This document shows, piece after piece, positions 49,780 to 58,713 of a stretch of 64,000 nucleotides of DNA (positions within the stretch are counted from its first letter, which is position 1; each line of letters starts with the position of its first letter). Where the stretch lies: assembly GCA_964534445.1 (NCBI GenBank), contig CAZHOE010000006.1, positions 1,795 through 65,794 on the forward strand, given 5' to 3'. The DNA comes from an uncultured Micavibrio sp. Its GTDB lineage: Bacteria > Pseudomonadota > Alphaproteobacteria > Micavibrionales > UBA2020. A program made the translations under genes and the position numbers. Under the pieces are notes generated by a model. It had not been told where the DNA came from. It made no database searches and was given only the letters and a program-made list of their open reading frames with translations.

Positions 49780-51193
49780 GTTGCACCTCCCGAGTGCCGA
49801 TTGTCAGTTCGTCTGACTTGATTGTTTTATAAACGTTGTAGACCATCAGCAAGGCAGAGCCGAGATAAAGGATCCCGCCCAATGCACGCACAACATAGTA
49901 GATATGCAGGTTCGCAACAGTTTCGATGAAGGAATATTGCAAGAAACCCATGCTGTCGTATGTACGCCATTCCAGACCTTGTAAAATACCGGCAAACCAC
50001 ATGGCGACGATATAAAGCACGATCCCCGTCGTCGCGATCCACAGGTGAAGGCTGATCAGCCGTTTGGAATACATTTCCTTTTTTTGCCACAGCACCGGCA
50101 CCAGATAGTAAATCGCGCCGAAGGAAATAAACGCAACCCAGCCGAGCGCCCCCGAATGCACGTGGCCGATCGTCCAGTCCGTATAGTGGGACAAAGCGTT
50201 CACTTCCTTGATCGACATCAGCGGGCCTTCAAAGGTGCTCATCCCGTAGAAGGACAGCGCCACAATCATGAACTGCAGCACGGGGTTATCGCGCAGTTTG
50301 TGCCATGCGCCCGACAGCGTCATAATACCGTTGATCATCCCGCCCCAGCTGGGCATCCAGAGCATAATCGAGAACGTCATCCCCAGCGTCTGCGCCCAAT
50401 CGGGCAGCGAGGTATACAGCAAGTGGTGCGGACCTGCCCAAATATAAATAAAGATCAGCGACCAGAAGTGCAGAATGGACAGACGGTAGGAATACACCGG
50501 ACGCCCGGCCTCTTTCGGCACAAAGTAATACATCATGCCCAAAAAGCCGGCGGTCAGGAAAAAGCCTACGGCGTTGTGACCATACCACCACTGGATCATC
50601 GCGCTTTGGACACCCGCATAAGCGGAATAGCTTTTGGCATCCAGCCCGATGGGCAAGCTGACGTTATTGCCAAGGTGCAGGACGGCGACCGTAATGATAA
50701 AGGAGAGGTAAAACCAGTTTGCCACGTAGATATGCGGCTCTTTGCGGTTTTTAAGGGTCATCATGAAAACAATCAGATACGCTACCCAGACGACCGTCAG
50801 CCACAGGTCGGCATACCATTCGGGTTCGGCATATTCTTTGCCCTGCGTAACGCCGGCAAGATAACCCAGCGCCGCGATCACGATAAAGACCTGATAGCCC
50901 CAGAAGGTAAAGAAAGCCCAGCTATCTCCCCAAAGGCGGGTCTGGCAGGTACGCTGCACCACAAAATAACTCGTCCCCAGCAAGATGTTGCCGCCAAAGG
51001 CGAAAATAACCCCCGAGGTATGTACGGGGCGCAAACGGCCAAAACTCAGGAAGGGCTCGATATTCAGCGCGGGAAAGACTAGCTGCAGGGCGATAATCAC
51101 CCCGACCAGCATCCCGGCAATCCCCCAGAAGATGGTAGCTATGACAAATAGTCTGACAATATCGTCGTTATATTGTGGCTTGGCCCGATCCAT
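49766..51193 (-). CDS. ccoN: cbb3-type cytochrome c oxidase subunit I
   Basis: 475 aa, 12 TM. Includes [22 protein letters not shown] and other conserved His-bearing helices. Confidence 0.95.
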   Translation of the reverse strand: MDRAKPQYNDDIVRLFVIATIFWGIAGMLVGVIIALQLVFPALNIEPFLSFGRLRPVHTSGVIFAFGGNILLGTSYFVVQRTCQTRLWGDSWAFFTFWGYQVFIVIAALGYLAGVTQGKEYAEPEWYADLWLTVVWVAYLIVFMMTLKNRKEPHIYVANWFYLSFIITVAVLHLGNNVSLPIGLDAKSYSAYAGVQSAMIQWWYGHNAVGFFLTAGFLGMMYYFVPKEAGRPVYSYRLSILHFWSLIFIYIWAGPHHLLYTSLPDWAQTLGMTFSIMLWMPSWGGMINGIMTLSGAWHKLRDNPVLQFMIVALSFYGMSTFEGPLMSIKEVNALSHYTDWTIGHVHSGALGWVAFISFGAIYYLVPVLWQKKEMYSKRLISLHLWIATTGIVLYIVAMWFAGILQGLEWRTYDSMGFLQYSFIETVANLHIYYVVRALGGILYLGSALLMVYNVYKTIKSDELTIGTREVQHAPA

Positions 51194-51296
51194 GGAAAGT
51201 CCCCGATATGCTTGAATGTCAAAAAGGCAGCAGGCATCACCATACGCGCGCGCCTTTCATAGACCTAATCGATATCCCAAAGAAAAAAAAGTGTAA

Positions 51297-51310
51297 TTGA
51301 CTTTTGTCAA
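51297..51310. promoter_or_regulatory. FNR/FixK-type operator TTGAC-TTTT-GTCAA upstream of ccoN, shared with a divergent bPH_2 gene
   Basis: Perfect palindrome with the same half-sites as 41622..41635. It lies 104 nt from the ccoN ATG and 71 nt from the ATG at 51381. Confidence 0.75.
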
Positions 51311-51380
51311 CTCAGGCCTTGCGCACATAAGCTATTCATATTATGACATACGGCAAATACACCCCTTGCACGAGATTTAT

Positions 51381-51926
51381 ATGGCTTTTATCGACCGCAT
51401 GATCGGACAGGATGAAAAAATCATCGCCCGTGCCCATCCGCACTGGATTTATATCGTGCAGGGTCTGTTGCTGCTGGCCGGCGCATTGATTCTCGGCCTG
51501 TTTTTGGATGGCCTCATCAAAAGTATCTCCGCCGCCGCCCTGGATCCGCAAAACAAGACTATCGCCGCGGTCATCGCCTATCTGCGCACTTCAGTCTTTG
51601 GCATTTGCGCCGTCATTGGAATCGCATTGTTTTTATATAATCTCGTCTTTTACCGCTCCACGCATATCGCACTGACATCGGACAGGTTGATTTACAAAAC
51701 CGGCATGTTTTTTGTCAATGTGCATGAATCCGCTATTGAGGAAATCAAGGGCGAACAAATCTATAACGGTTTTTTCGGCCGGTTTCTGGATTACGGCTTT
51801 CTGGAGATTGACTGCCGTTTCGTAAAAAACATGTACCTGCCTGCCATTTCCAAACCCTATTCGTTCCTGCACGACATCCATAAACTCACAAAAAAGAACG
51901 CGATCAAAGAACGTTTGAATATTTGA
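51381..51926 (+). CDS. bPH_2 (YdbS/YdbT-like) membrane protein
   Basis: GQDEKIIARAHPHWIYIVQG, 2 TM helices, then LTSDRLIYKTGMFFVNVHESAIEEIKGEQIYNGFFGRFLDYGFLEI. Paralog of 10857..11510. Confidence 0.7.
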   Translation: MAFIDRMIGQDEKIIARAHPHWIYIVQGLLLLAGALILGLFLDGLIKSISAAALDPQNKTIAAVIAYLRTSVFGICAVIGIALFLYNLVFYRSTHIALTSDRLIYKTGMFFVNVHESAIEEIKGEQIYNGFFGRFLDYGFLEIDCRFVKNMYLPAISKPYSFLHDIHKLTKKNAIKERLNI

Positions 51927-52004
51927 CCGCCTTGCCATCACGCCCTGCAGCCCTTAAACTGCTTGCATGATACGCGCAGTTTATTCCGGCAGCAGAGGAA
52001 CGAC

Positions 52005-52775
52005 ATGAAAAAACTTTTGATCGGCTTTGCCGTACTGGTTGTAATGGCGGGGATCGGCCTTGGACTTCTCTGGTCTAACCTTGACAGACTTGTTCAATCC
52101 GCTATCGAAAAATACGGCAGCGCGGCCACGCAGGCTTCTGTCGATGTCGATCGCGTCAGCCTCTCCCTGCGCACCGGTGAAGGCAGTTTGAGCGATATCA
52201 CCGTCGGCAATCCCAAAGGGTTTGATACGCCGTATGCCCTGAACCTGAACAGCATTTCCGTGAAGGTGGATGTCAACAGCTTCTCCGGTAGCGGGCCGAT
52301 CGTGATCAACGACATCGCCATCAAGAACCCGAAGGTTTATTACGAGATTATCGGCCGCAACAACAACAACCTTGATACGCTGTCGCAAAATGCCGCAGCC
52401 TATACGGATAGCAAGGACAGCGCCGCCCGCACCGCCAATGCAGGCACGGAGACGCAGGATACCGGCCGCAAGGTTGTCATCAAAAACCTGACGATAGAAG
52501 GCGGTGAAATCGCCATTGCGCATTACCTGCTCAAAGACCGACCGCTGGAAGCCAGGCTGCCGAAAATCCATCTCAAAAACCTTGGTCGGGAAAACAAAGG
52601 CATCACCCCCGCCGAAGTCGCCGACCAGATCATGAAGGCCATTACCCGTGCCACATCCAAAGCCGCCGCCGGCACCATTGCGGCCGAGCTGGGCGGTTTG
52701 AAAAACCTGCCCGCCGGCGTACTGGAAAGTACCGGTAGCGGCCTTGATGCTGTAAAAGGTATTTTTGGCAAATAG
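52005..52775 (+). CDS. Hypothetical membrane-anchored protein (AsmA/DUF748-like N-terminal region; tentative)
   Basis: Start at MKKLLIGFAVLVVMAGIGLGLLW (signal anchor). The VDVDRVSLSLRTGEGSLSDITVGNPKGF pattern resembles AsmA-like proteins. The family call is weak. Confidence 0.5.
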   Translation: MKKLLIGFAVLVVMAGIGLGLLWSNLDRLVQSAIEKYGSAATQASVDVDRVSLSLRTGEGSLSDITVGNPKGFDTPYALNLNSISVKVDVNSFSGSGPIVINDIAIKNPKVYYEIIGRNNNNLDTLSQNAAAYTDSKDSAARTANAGTETQDTGRKVVIKNLTIEGGEIAIAHYLLKDRPLEARLPKIHLKNLGRENKGITPAEVADQIMKAITRATSKAAAGTIAAELGGLKNLPAGVLESTGSGLDAVKGIFGK

Positions 52776-52973
52776 CCCAAAATAATTTTATAGAGAGACT
52801 ATGTTATAAGCACCTGAAAGACCAAGGTTGGTGCATCGCAACAGGCGTAACACCGGTGCACTTTTCCGTATCAAATAGACAGTTTTATTTGCATATGATA
52901 TACAAAGCGCAAGCTTAACCAAAAATGAAACCCTTTGAAGGGGTCCTCGTTTCAACAAGCAGCGGTGTGTGTC

Positions 52974-54173
52974 ATGACAAAGCACAAAGACATTTCTATT
53001 TTCGGCAATATCTCTCCTGCAACGGAAGCGGCGTTTTCCGAGAAAGAAAAGGAAGTCGCCCAAATTGCGCGCGCACTCGACGCGCGTTTCCTGCCGCAAT
53101 TCGAGCGCCACACATTCACCTATACGCATCACGCGGATAATATGAAGGCCTATCTGCCCGAAGGGCTGCATAGCGACGCCAATCTTGTAAGAACACAGGA
53201 TGTCCCCCTTTCCTACAATGTGTGGAAAGCGCGCAATAACCCCGAAACTGCCGAAACGATCATCTGTCTGGGCGGCATTTATAATGCCGCGCGCCGTTTC
53301 GATTTCTTTGCCGAAGGCGCGGCGGAAAACTTTAACGTCATCGCGCTTGATTACCCCGGCAAGGGACACAGCGGCAATTTGAAGATGCCGAACGATTATA
53401 CTCTTTCTACCTATGCCAAAATGGTCGAAGCGCTGATCGACCATATCGCGCCGGAGGGAAAGTTCCACATGATCGGCCATTCCCACGGCTCTAAAGTCAT
53501 CTATGCCATGGTAGAACAAGGTTTCAGCCATCCCGGTTGGGCCGGCACCGTCATCGGCGATATGCCGCCCGAAACACCGGAAGGGCCGAAACTGCGCCGT
53601 GCCTGGCGCAACCGCGAGCGCCCTTATTCGCCGGACATCGAAACCGCTGTTGGCCGTCTTGAAAACTTTCTGGCAGGCCACGGTGCGCCGGTTGATCGCG
53701 ATTTTATTATCCATGATTTCAACCACGGCTTTGCCCATTTCACGCGTGAAGGCTTTGGCTGGGCGTATGATCCGAACTCCATGGTCGGCTATGCCGATGA
53801 ATACCTGCAGCCGTATGATAAATGGCAGGCGTTTGAAAATATTCCCACCCCCCTGCTTTTGCTGGCGGGCGAGAAAAGCAATACAGCGACCCCCGATGTG
53901 GTCAAACGCATGCTGGATGTCCGCCCCGATATGTCGCTGATGATGTACGAAGGCGTCGGCCATTATCCGGAGCTGGTGACCGCCAAGCGCATCACAGAGG
54001 TTTGCGACTGGATCAAAACTGCCGCCGGCAACCCTGCGCCGATCCGCGCGACCGTGCCCGCCGACCCGCAAAAAGACATGGTGCTGCATATCGTGCAGGA
54101 CAACAGCCCGAAGGCCGAAACGACCGCCCCCGCCGCGCCCAAGCGCAACGGCACCACCGGTCCGAAACCGTAA
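52974..54173 (+). CDS. Alpha/beta hydrolase (about 400 aa) with a Pro/Ala-rich C-terminal tail
   Basis: IICLGGIYNAARRFD, nucleophile elbow MIGHSHGSKV, and late EGVGHYPE (catalytic His region). Start at MTKHKDIS. Confidence 0.7.
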   Translation: MTKHKDISIFGNISPATEAAFSEKEKEVAQIARALDARFLPQFERHTFTYTHHADNMKAYLPEGLHSDANLVRTQDVPLSYNVWKARNNPETAETIICLGGIYNAARRFDFFAEGAAENFNVIALDYPGKGHSGNLKMPNDYTLSTYAKMVEALIDHIAPEGKFHMIGHSHGSKVIYAMVEQGFSHPGWAGTVIGDMPPETPEGPKLRRAWRNRERPYSPDIETAVGRLENFLAGHGAPVDRDFIIHDFNHGFAHFTREGFGWAYDPNSMVGYADEYLQPYDKWQAFENIPTPLLLLAGEKSNTATPDVVKRMLDVRPDMSLMMYEGVGHYPELVTAKRITEVCDWIKTAAGNPAPIRATVPADPQKDMVLHIVQDNSPKAETTAPAAPKRNGTTGPKP

Positions 54174-54186
54174 AGGCCGCGCGCGC

Positions 54187-54921
54187 ATGACAGCCACCGC
54201 AAAAACACTACCTATCGTTTTTATCCCCGGCGCCTCATCGGACGATACCGTCTGGGATGCGCAAAAAAACCATTTTGCACAAGCGACAACGGCGATCACC
54301 GTTAATCTGACGTCCTACGACAGCATTGCCGATATGTCGGCGCAGGTGCTGGCGGCTGTTGATGGCGATTTCATCATCTGCGGCACTTCCATGGGCGGTT
54401 ATGTCGCACTGGATGTGCTGAAAAAAGCGAACGGCCGCGTGAAGAAAGTTATTTTCTGCAATACCGCAGCCCGTGCCGATACGCCGGAAAAAACCGCCCA
54501 GCGTATGGCAGAAGTCGCGGCGGGTGCAGAAGCCTATGCCGCCAACCGCATAGACGATACGCATTACAAAACCTTCCTGAGTGACAAATCGTTTGAGGAC
54601 AAGGCGCTGATCAAAAAACTGCGCGCTGTATCCGAACGCGTCGGCTACGCCTGCTTTAAAAACCACCAGATCGCCTGCAGCACGCGGCCGGATTCCATTG
54701 ATTTTCTACCGAAGATCGACATTCCCGCACTGATTATCGGCGGGACGGAAGATACCGTCACACCGCCCGAGCGGCAGGCCGAGATGAAAGAAAAAATCCC
54801 GCACGCGCAACTTATCATGATCCCCGAAGTCGGGCACATCGCCCATATGGAAGCGGCAGATACCGTGACCGCCGCGATCGAAGCCTTCATTCTTGACGAC
54901 CCGCAAGGAGAACAGCCATGA
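54187..54921 (+). CDS. Alpha/beta hydrolase
   Basis: IVFIPGASSDDTVW, elbow ICGTSMGGYVAL, and IPEVGHIAHMEA. Confidence 0.75.
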   Translation: MTATAKTLPIVFIPGASSDDTVWDAQKNHFAQATTAITVNLTSYDSIADMSAQVLAAVDGDFIICGTSMGGYVALDVLKKANGRVKKVIFCNTAARADTPEKTAQRMAEVAAGAEAYAANRIDDTHYKTFLSDKSFEDKALIKKLRAVSERVGYACFKNHQIACSTRPDSIDFLPKIDIPALIIGGTEDTVTPPERQAEMKEKIPHAQLIMIPEVGHIAHMEAADTVTAAIEAFILDDPQGEQP

Positions 54922-55667
54922 CCCAGCCGCTGATCAAAGAAGTGTTTTTTGACTGGGACGGCACCTTTGCCAATACGGAACCCGTCAGCCTGGCCGTCAC
55001 GCACCGCGTGCTGTCCGAATATGCAACGCAAACCTTGGGCAAGCCGATGACCGCACAAATCGACAGCCTCGACATGCGCGGTAAAGATTTCGGCCAGATC
55101 GCCAAACAGTTTCAGGATCTGGTGAACGCCTTACTGCCGGCAACCCAGCAGGTGACCCTTGATATTGAAGACCTGCGCATCAATAAACTGCGCCCCGCCA
55201 CCAAAACCGCCCTGCTGAATGCAGCACTCGCCGATGGCATCGGCGATGTTCTCGCAACCTTGCAGGACGACATGCACCTTGGCGTGGCCGTTGTCAGCAA
55301 CAGCCCGCGTATGCGCATCCAGCCGCTGCTCGATAAACACGGGCTGGATACCCGCATCCCCAAAAGCCGCGTTTTCAGCGCGTTTGAAGATGCGGCCAAG
55401 CTGAAAGAAGATCCTGAAATCTATCATATCGCATCGGATACCCTGACCGTACCGCCGGCAGAAGCCGCCGCCGTCGAGGACAGCGTCACCGGCATGCGCG
55501 CCGCCAAAAGCGCAGGCATCGGCCTGTGCATCGGCTTTACGGGTCTCACCGAACCCGAAAACCGCATGGAGATGGAAAAGAAACTGCTGGCCGAAGGCGC
55601 CCACGTCGTCATCAACGACATGCGCAACCTGCCCGGCGTCATCCGCAATTTTAAACCGGGCGTTTAA
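54918..55667 (+). CDS. HAD-family hydrolase
   Basis: VFFDWDGTFANTE motif I, VVSNSP motif II, VEDSVTGMRAAKSAG. 4-nt overlap with the upstream gene. Confidence 0.8.
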   Translation: MTQPLIKEVFFDWDGTFANTEPVSLAVTHRVLSEYATQTLGKPMTAQIDSLDMRGKDFGQIAKQFQDLVNALLPATQQVTLDIEDLRINKLRPATKTALLNAALADGIGDVLATLQDDMHLGVAVVSNSPRMRIQPLLDKHGLDTRIPKSRVFSAFEDAAKLKEDPEIYHIASDTLTVPPAEAAAVEDSVTGMRAAKSAGIGLCIGFTGLTEPENRMEMEKKLLAEGAHVVINDMRNLPGVIRNFKPGV

Positions 55668-55681
55668 TCCAGCGAAGCCGC

Positions 55682-56671
55682 TTAACCAAAACCCACCATC
55701 TTTTTATTGTCCTCATCCCACAGGGCGAGGGTGAAGCATTTGGGGGCGTCGCGCAAGGTGCGCTTGGGCACGTTTTGCAATTCGGGGATCGCCTCGAAGC
55801 ATTCACGTAAGCGGTACGACGGCACGCGGAAGCTGAGATGGTGGATGTGATGCAGGTTAATGTGGTTCACCAGCCAGTTCACCACCTTCGGGAATTCGAA
55901 ATAGGAACTGCCGTGAAATCCGGCATCGAAATAAGACCAGTCATCGCCGTCCTTCCAATAGGTATCTTCATACTGGTGCTGGATATAAAACCCCGCCACA
56001 CCGAACATGCTGCCCAAAAGACAGACCGGCAGATAAACAAACACGAACGCCTTCCAGCCAAAGAAAAAGATAATCATGAAAGCCAGAAACGCGATGCCTG
56101 CGTTTGTCATCATGATACTTGTCCATGTCTTGAAAGAATGGAACGGGTTATCCAAGGGCAGGCGGTGTTTCAGCGCGAACAACAAAATCGGCGCGCCCAT
56201 CAAAATAAATACCGGATGGCGATACATGCGGTAGTACGCGCGTTTTAAAGGCGGCAATGCCTGATATTCCTTGACCGTCAGCGTATCGACATCACCGATG
56301 CCGCGATGATCCAGATTCCCCGAATAGGCGTGATGTGCGCTATGCGTGCGGCGCCAGTAATGATAGGGCGTCCATGTCAAGACACCGAGCGCCTCGCCCA
56401 CACGTTCGTTTAAAAACTTGGTCGTAAAATACGCGCCGTGCCCGCAATCATGCTGGATGGTAAAAAGGCGCGTTTGCAAAATACCCGCTACCGGCAAGGC
56501 GGTCAGCGTGAGATAGCCCCAGCCGCCCAAGGTCATACCCCAGACCATCAGCGCACAAAGCAGCAGGCACAACCCCAAGGTAGCGCCTAGCTCAAAAAAT
56601 GCGGTTTTGTTGCTGGGTTGAGAAAATGCGTTAATGCGTTTGATCAAATCGCGCTGCGCAGCGATATCCAT
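55682..56671 (-). CDS. Membrane fatty acid desaturase
   Basis: Three His boxes: HDCGHG, HSAHHAY and HHIHH. Confidence 0.85.
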   Translation of the reverse strand: MDIAAQRDLIKRINAFSQPSNKTAFFELGATLGLCLLLCALMVWGMTLGGWGYLTLTALPVAGILQTRLFTIQHDCGHGAYFTTKFLNERVGEALGVLTWTPYHYWRRTHSAHHAYSGNLDHRGIGDVDTLTVKEYQALPPLKRAYYRMYRHPVFILMGAPILLFALKHRLPLDNPFHSFKTWTSIMMTNAGIAFLAFMIIFFFGWKAFVFVYLPVCLLGSMFGVAGFYIQHQYEDTYWKDGDDWSYFDAGFHGSSYFEFPKVVNWLVNHINLHHIHHLSFRVPSYRLRECFEAIPELQNVPKRTLRDAPKCFTLALWDEDNKKMVGFG

Positions 56672-56920
56672 ATGTCTTTAAGCCCTTATTCGAAAATCAG
56701 TCTGTCCGCGATATCGCAGCCCTTACTGAATTATAACATACCAGTATGTGCGATTTGCGCAAACGGCGTATTTATTAATTTAACCCTTTGTTTTCATACC
56801 TTTACGGTATGGATCGCGGGTTGACTTCGCTTTTCGCTTTACCTAAAATCGCACATTATTCAGATTGATCAATCATTTATGAAATTAAACCATTGTCCCG
56901 AAAGACCATAGGAGCCCTTT

Positions 56921-57736
56921 ATGCTGTTCAAAAAGAAAAAGACCGACAAACCTGCCACCCCTGCCGTAAACGATGATGCGATGGTCGGCGCCGCGCCCAC
57001 CCCGGTTGAAAAGTCCGGTTTTAAAGACAAGCCGCGCCCCGTTTCCATTTTCCGTGTAGAAGCGGCTAAAACCTGTGAAGTAAAAAAAGAAGCCGCCGAA
57101 CAGCGCGGCGTTGTGGATACCAAGCTGAAAGGTTTGCGGGAAAAATACACACCGACGCTGGAGGCACACGATAAAGCACTGACCGCCGCCGGTGAAGAGC
57201 GTATCAAGGTGCGCCGCGAAACCGTACAAAGCCTGACGGAAGAAGTCGGCACATCCAAAGCGCTGATTGCCGAGCTGGAAAAAAGACTGGAAGAAGAGCG
57301 TGCGAAGCTTTCCCGCTCACAAAGCAGCCTGAAAACCGCCACAAAAGAGCTGGACGGCGAAAGCGGTAAAATCGCCCGCGAACATAAAGCCTCCATGCAG
57401 GAAAAGAAGAAAGAACTGGGCGGCGAAATTGCCAAAGCCCGTAAAGAGCGCAGCACGGTTTACAGCCAGACCGGCCGGAAACTGCGCAGCGAGCGTTGGC
57501 ATACGCTCTCCCGCACGACAAAGGAAACCCTTGCCGTTGTGCCGGATCTGACAGCCCGCTTCATGAAAGCCGCCGTGCGCAGCGTGGGGGAAGTCCTCAC
57601 GGTGTTCGGCCGCACAGCCAAAAGCGCGAAAAAAGGTTTTGACGAGCCGACCATCTTCAGCATCCGCCGCGAAGAGCCGGTAAATCCGCCAAAGAAAGAA
57701 AAAGCACAACCGAAACCGCCTGCCCCGCCGCAATAA
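56921..57736 (+). CDS. Hypothetical basic coiled-coil protein
   Basis: 271 aa, Lys/Glu/Arg-rich (LIAELEKRLEEERAKLSRSQSSLKTATKELDGESGKIAREHKASMQEKKKELGGEIAKARKERS). Pro/Lys-rich ends, no TM helix. Confidence 0.55.
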   Translation: MLFKKKKTDKPATPAVNDDAMVGAAPTPVEKSGFKDKPRPVSIFRVEAAKTCEVKKEAAEQRGVVDTKLKGLREKYTPTLEAHDKALTAAGEERIKVRRETVQSLTEEVGTSKALIAELEKRLEEERAKLSRSQSSLKTATKELDGESGKIAREHKASMQEKKKELGGEIAKARKERSTVYSQTGRKLRSERWHTLSRTTKETLAVVPDLTARFMKAAVRSVGEVLTVFGRTAKSAKKGFDEPTIFSIRREEPVNPPKKEKAQPKPPAPPQ

Positions 57737-57750
57737 GCGGGCCCAGCGAC

Positions 57751-57786
57751 AAAAAAGCGCCGGTGACAAACACCGGCGTTTTTTTA
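57751..57786. terminator. Bidirectional intrinsic terminator
   Basis: A6, then GCGCCGGTG-acaaa-CACCGGCG, then T7, between convergent genes. Confidence 0.8.
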
Positions 57787-57790
57787 TGTG

Positions 57791-58642
57791 TTATTTTGCA
57801 GGAAAGAGCCGCACGGATTTTTTGACGCCAAAGCCCCAGCGCGGGTTTTTAGGCAGATCGGGTTTTTTATCCGTGGGGTAACCTTGTGAAAGCCCCAGCT
57901 TTTCCGCATCAAACTTTTGCCATGCGCCTTCGGGCTGCGCCAGACGGTCGATCACCGCCGCAATGGTCATCGGGTTAAACGTCATGCCCATGTGGCTGCC
58001 GTACACCTCGATATTTTCCGCCTGCCGCGCGCGGGGATTTAAACTGGCTTCCCAGTTCACTACCCCGTCATTGCGTGAATAGATGGATGTTGTCGGCACA
58101 GGTGGCGGCGTCAGACTGCGGGGGCCAATGTCGGCCTTGGTCAGCGGCCCTTCCTGCGGATGCAGCAAGTTATAAATCTTTTCGAGCGGGATACCGGTTG
58201 CATTATCCAGATCATCCAGCTTGGCAAAGGGCGTGCCGAGCGTGACCACGCCGCGCACCATGTGCGGAAATTCCCGTGCGAGTTCCCGCGCGTAAATACC
58301 GCCAAGGCTATAGCCGACCAGCGAGACTTTCTGCCCGCCGTTTTCTTCAAAGACTTCCTGCAGCCGCTGTTTCAAATGCCGTGCCAGAGAATCATCAAAA
58401 CCCAGATTAAATCCGTATTCCCACGTATAGGTTTTGAAGCCCTGCGTTGCAACACAATCGCGGATTTGCGATGTATAAACATCGGTCGTCAAAAAGCCCG
58501 GCAGAAAAAGCACGGGGTGTCCGTCCCCTTGCGGCAGCTTGGGTTTCAGCAATCGCCAGCCCAGCTGCAGCCCGCCGAATTCAAGGGCGGCGCGATGCGC
58601 TTCGGTTGCGGTATTGAATATTTTGCGAATCTTGTCGAACAT
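57791..58642 (-). CDS. Alpha/beta hydrolase, lipase-like (paralog B)
   Basis: GDGHPVLFLPGFLTTD and elbow VSLVGYSLGGIYARELAREFP. About half of positions are identical to 31489..32343 by eye. Confidence 0.75.
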   Translation of the reverse strand: MFDKIRKIFNTATEAHRAALEFGGLQLGWRLLKPKLPQGDGHPVLFLPGFLTTDVYTSQIRDCVATQGFKTYTWEYGFNLGFDDSLARHLKQRLQEVFEENGGQKVSLVGYSLGGIYARELAREFPHMVRGVVTLGTPFAKLDDLDNATGIPLEKIYNLLHPQEGPLTKADIGPRSLTPPPVPTTSIYSRNDGVVNWEASLNPRARQAENIEVYGSHMGMTFNPMTIAAVIDRLAQPEGAWQKFDAEKLGLSQGYPTDKKPDLPKNPRWGFGVKKSVRLFPAK

Positions 58643-58713
58643 GGCTCTCTTTATGAAATATAAGACTATCATGCGCCTTTGGACAGAAAAGGGCAAGAGT
58701 GGCTATCTCGTTC

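Noticed and set aside
52776-52973. Possible riboswitch or leader upstream of the hydrolase operon (GGTGCA...GGTGCAC direct repeats, small CCCTT-tgaa-GGGG hairpin)
   Set aside because: No recognisable riboswitch consensus. The stems are short (4-5 bp). Conservation data are needed.
52788-54299. 503-aa minus-strand ORF spanning the first hydrolase gene and the start of the second
   Set aside because: It crosses an intergenic gap and has shadow-type composition. The plus-strand genes carry GxSxG elbows and catalytic His regions.
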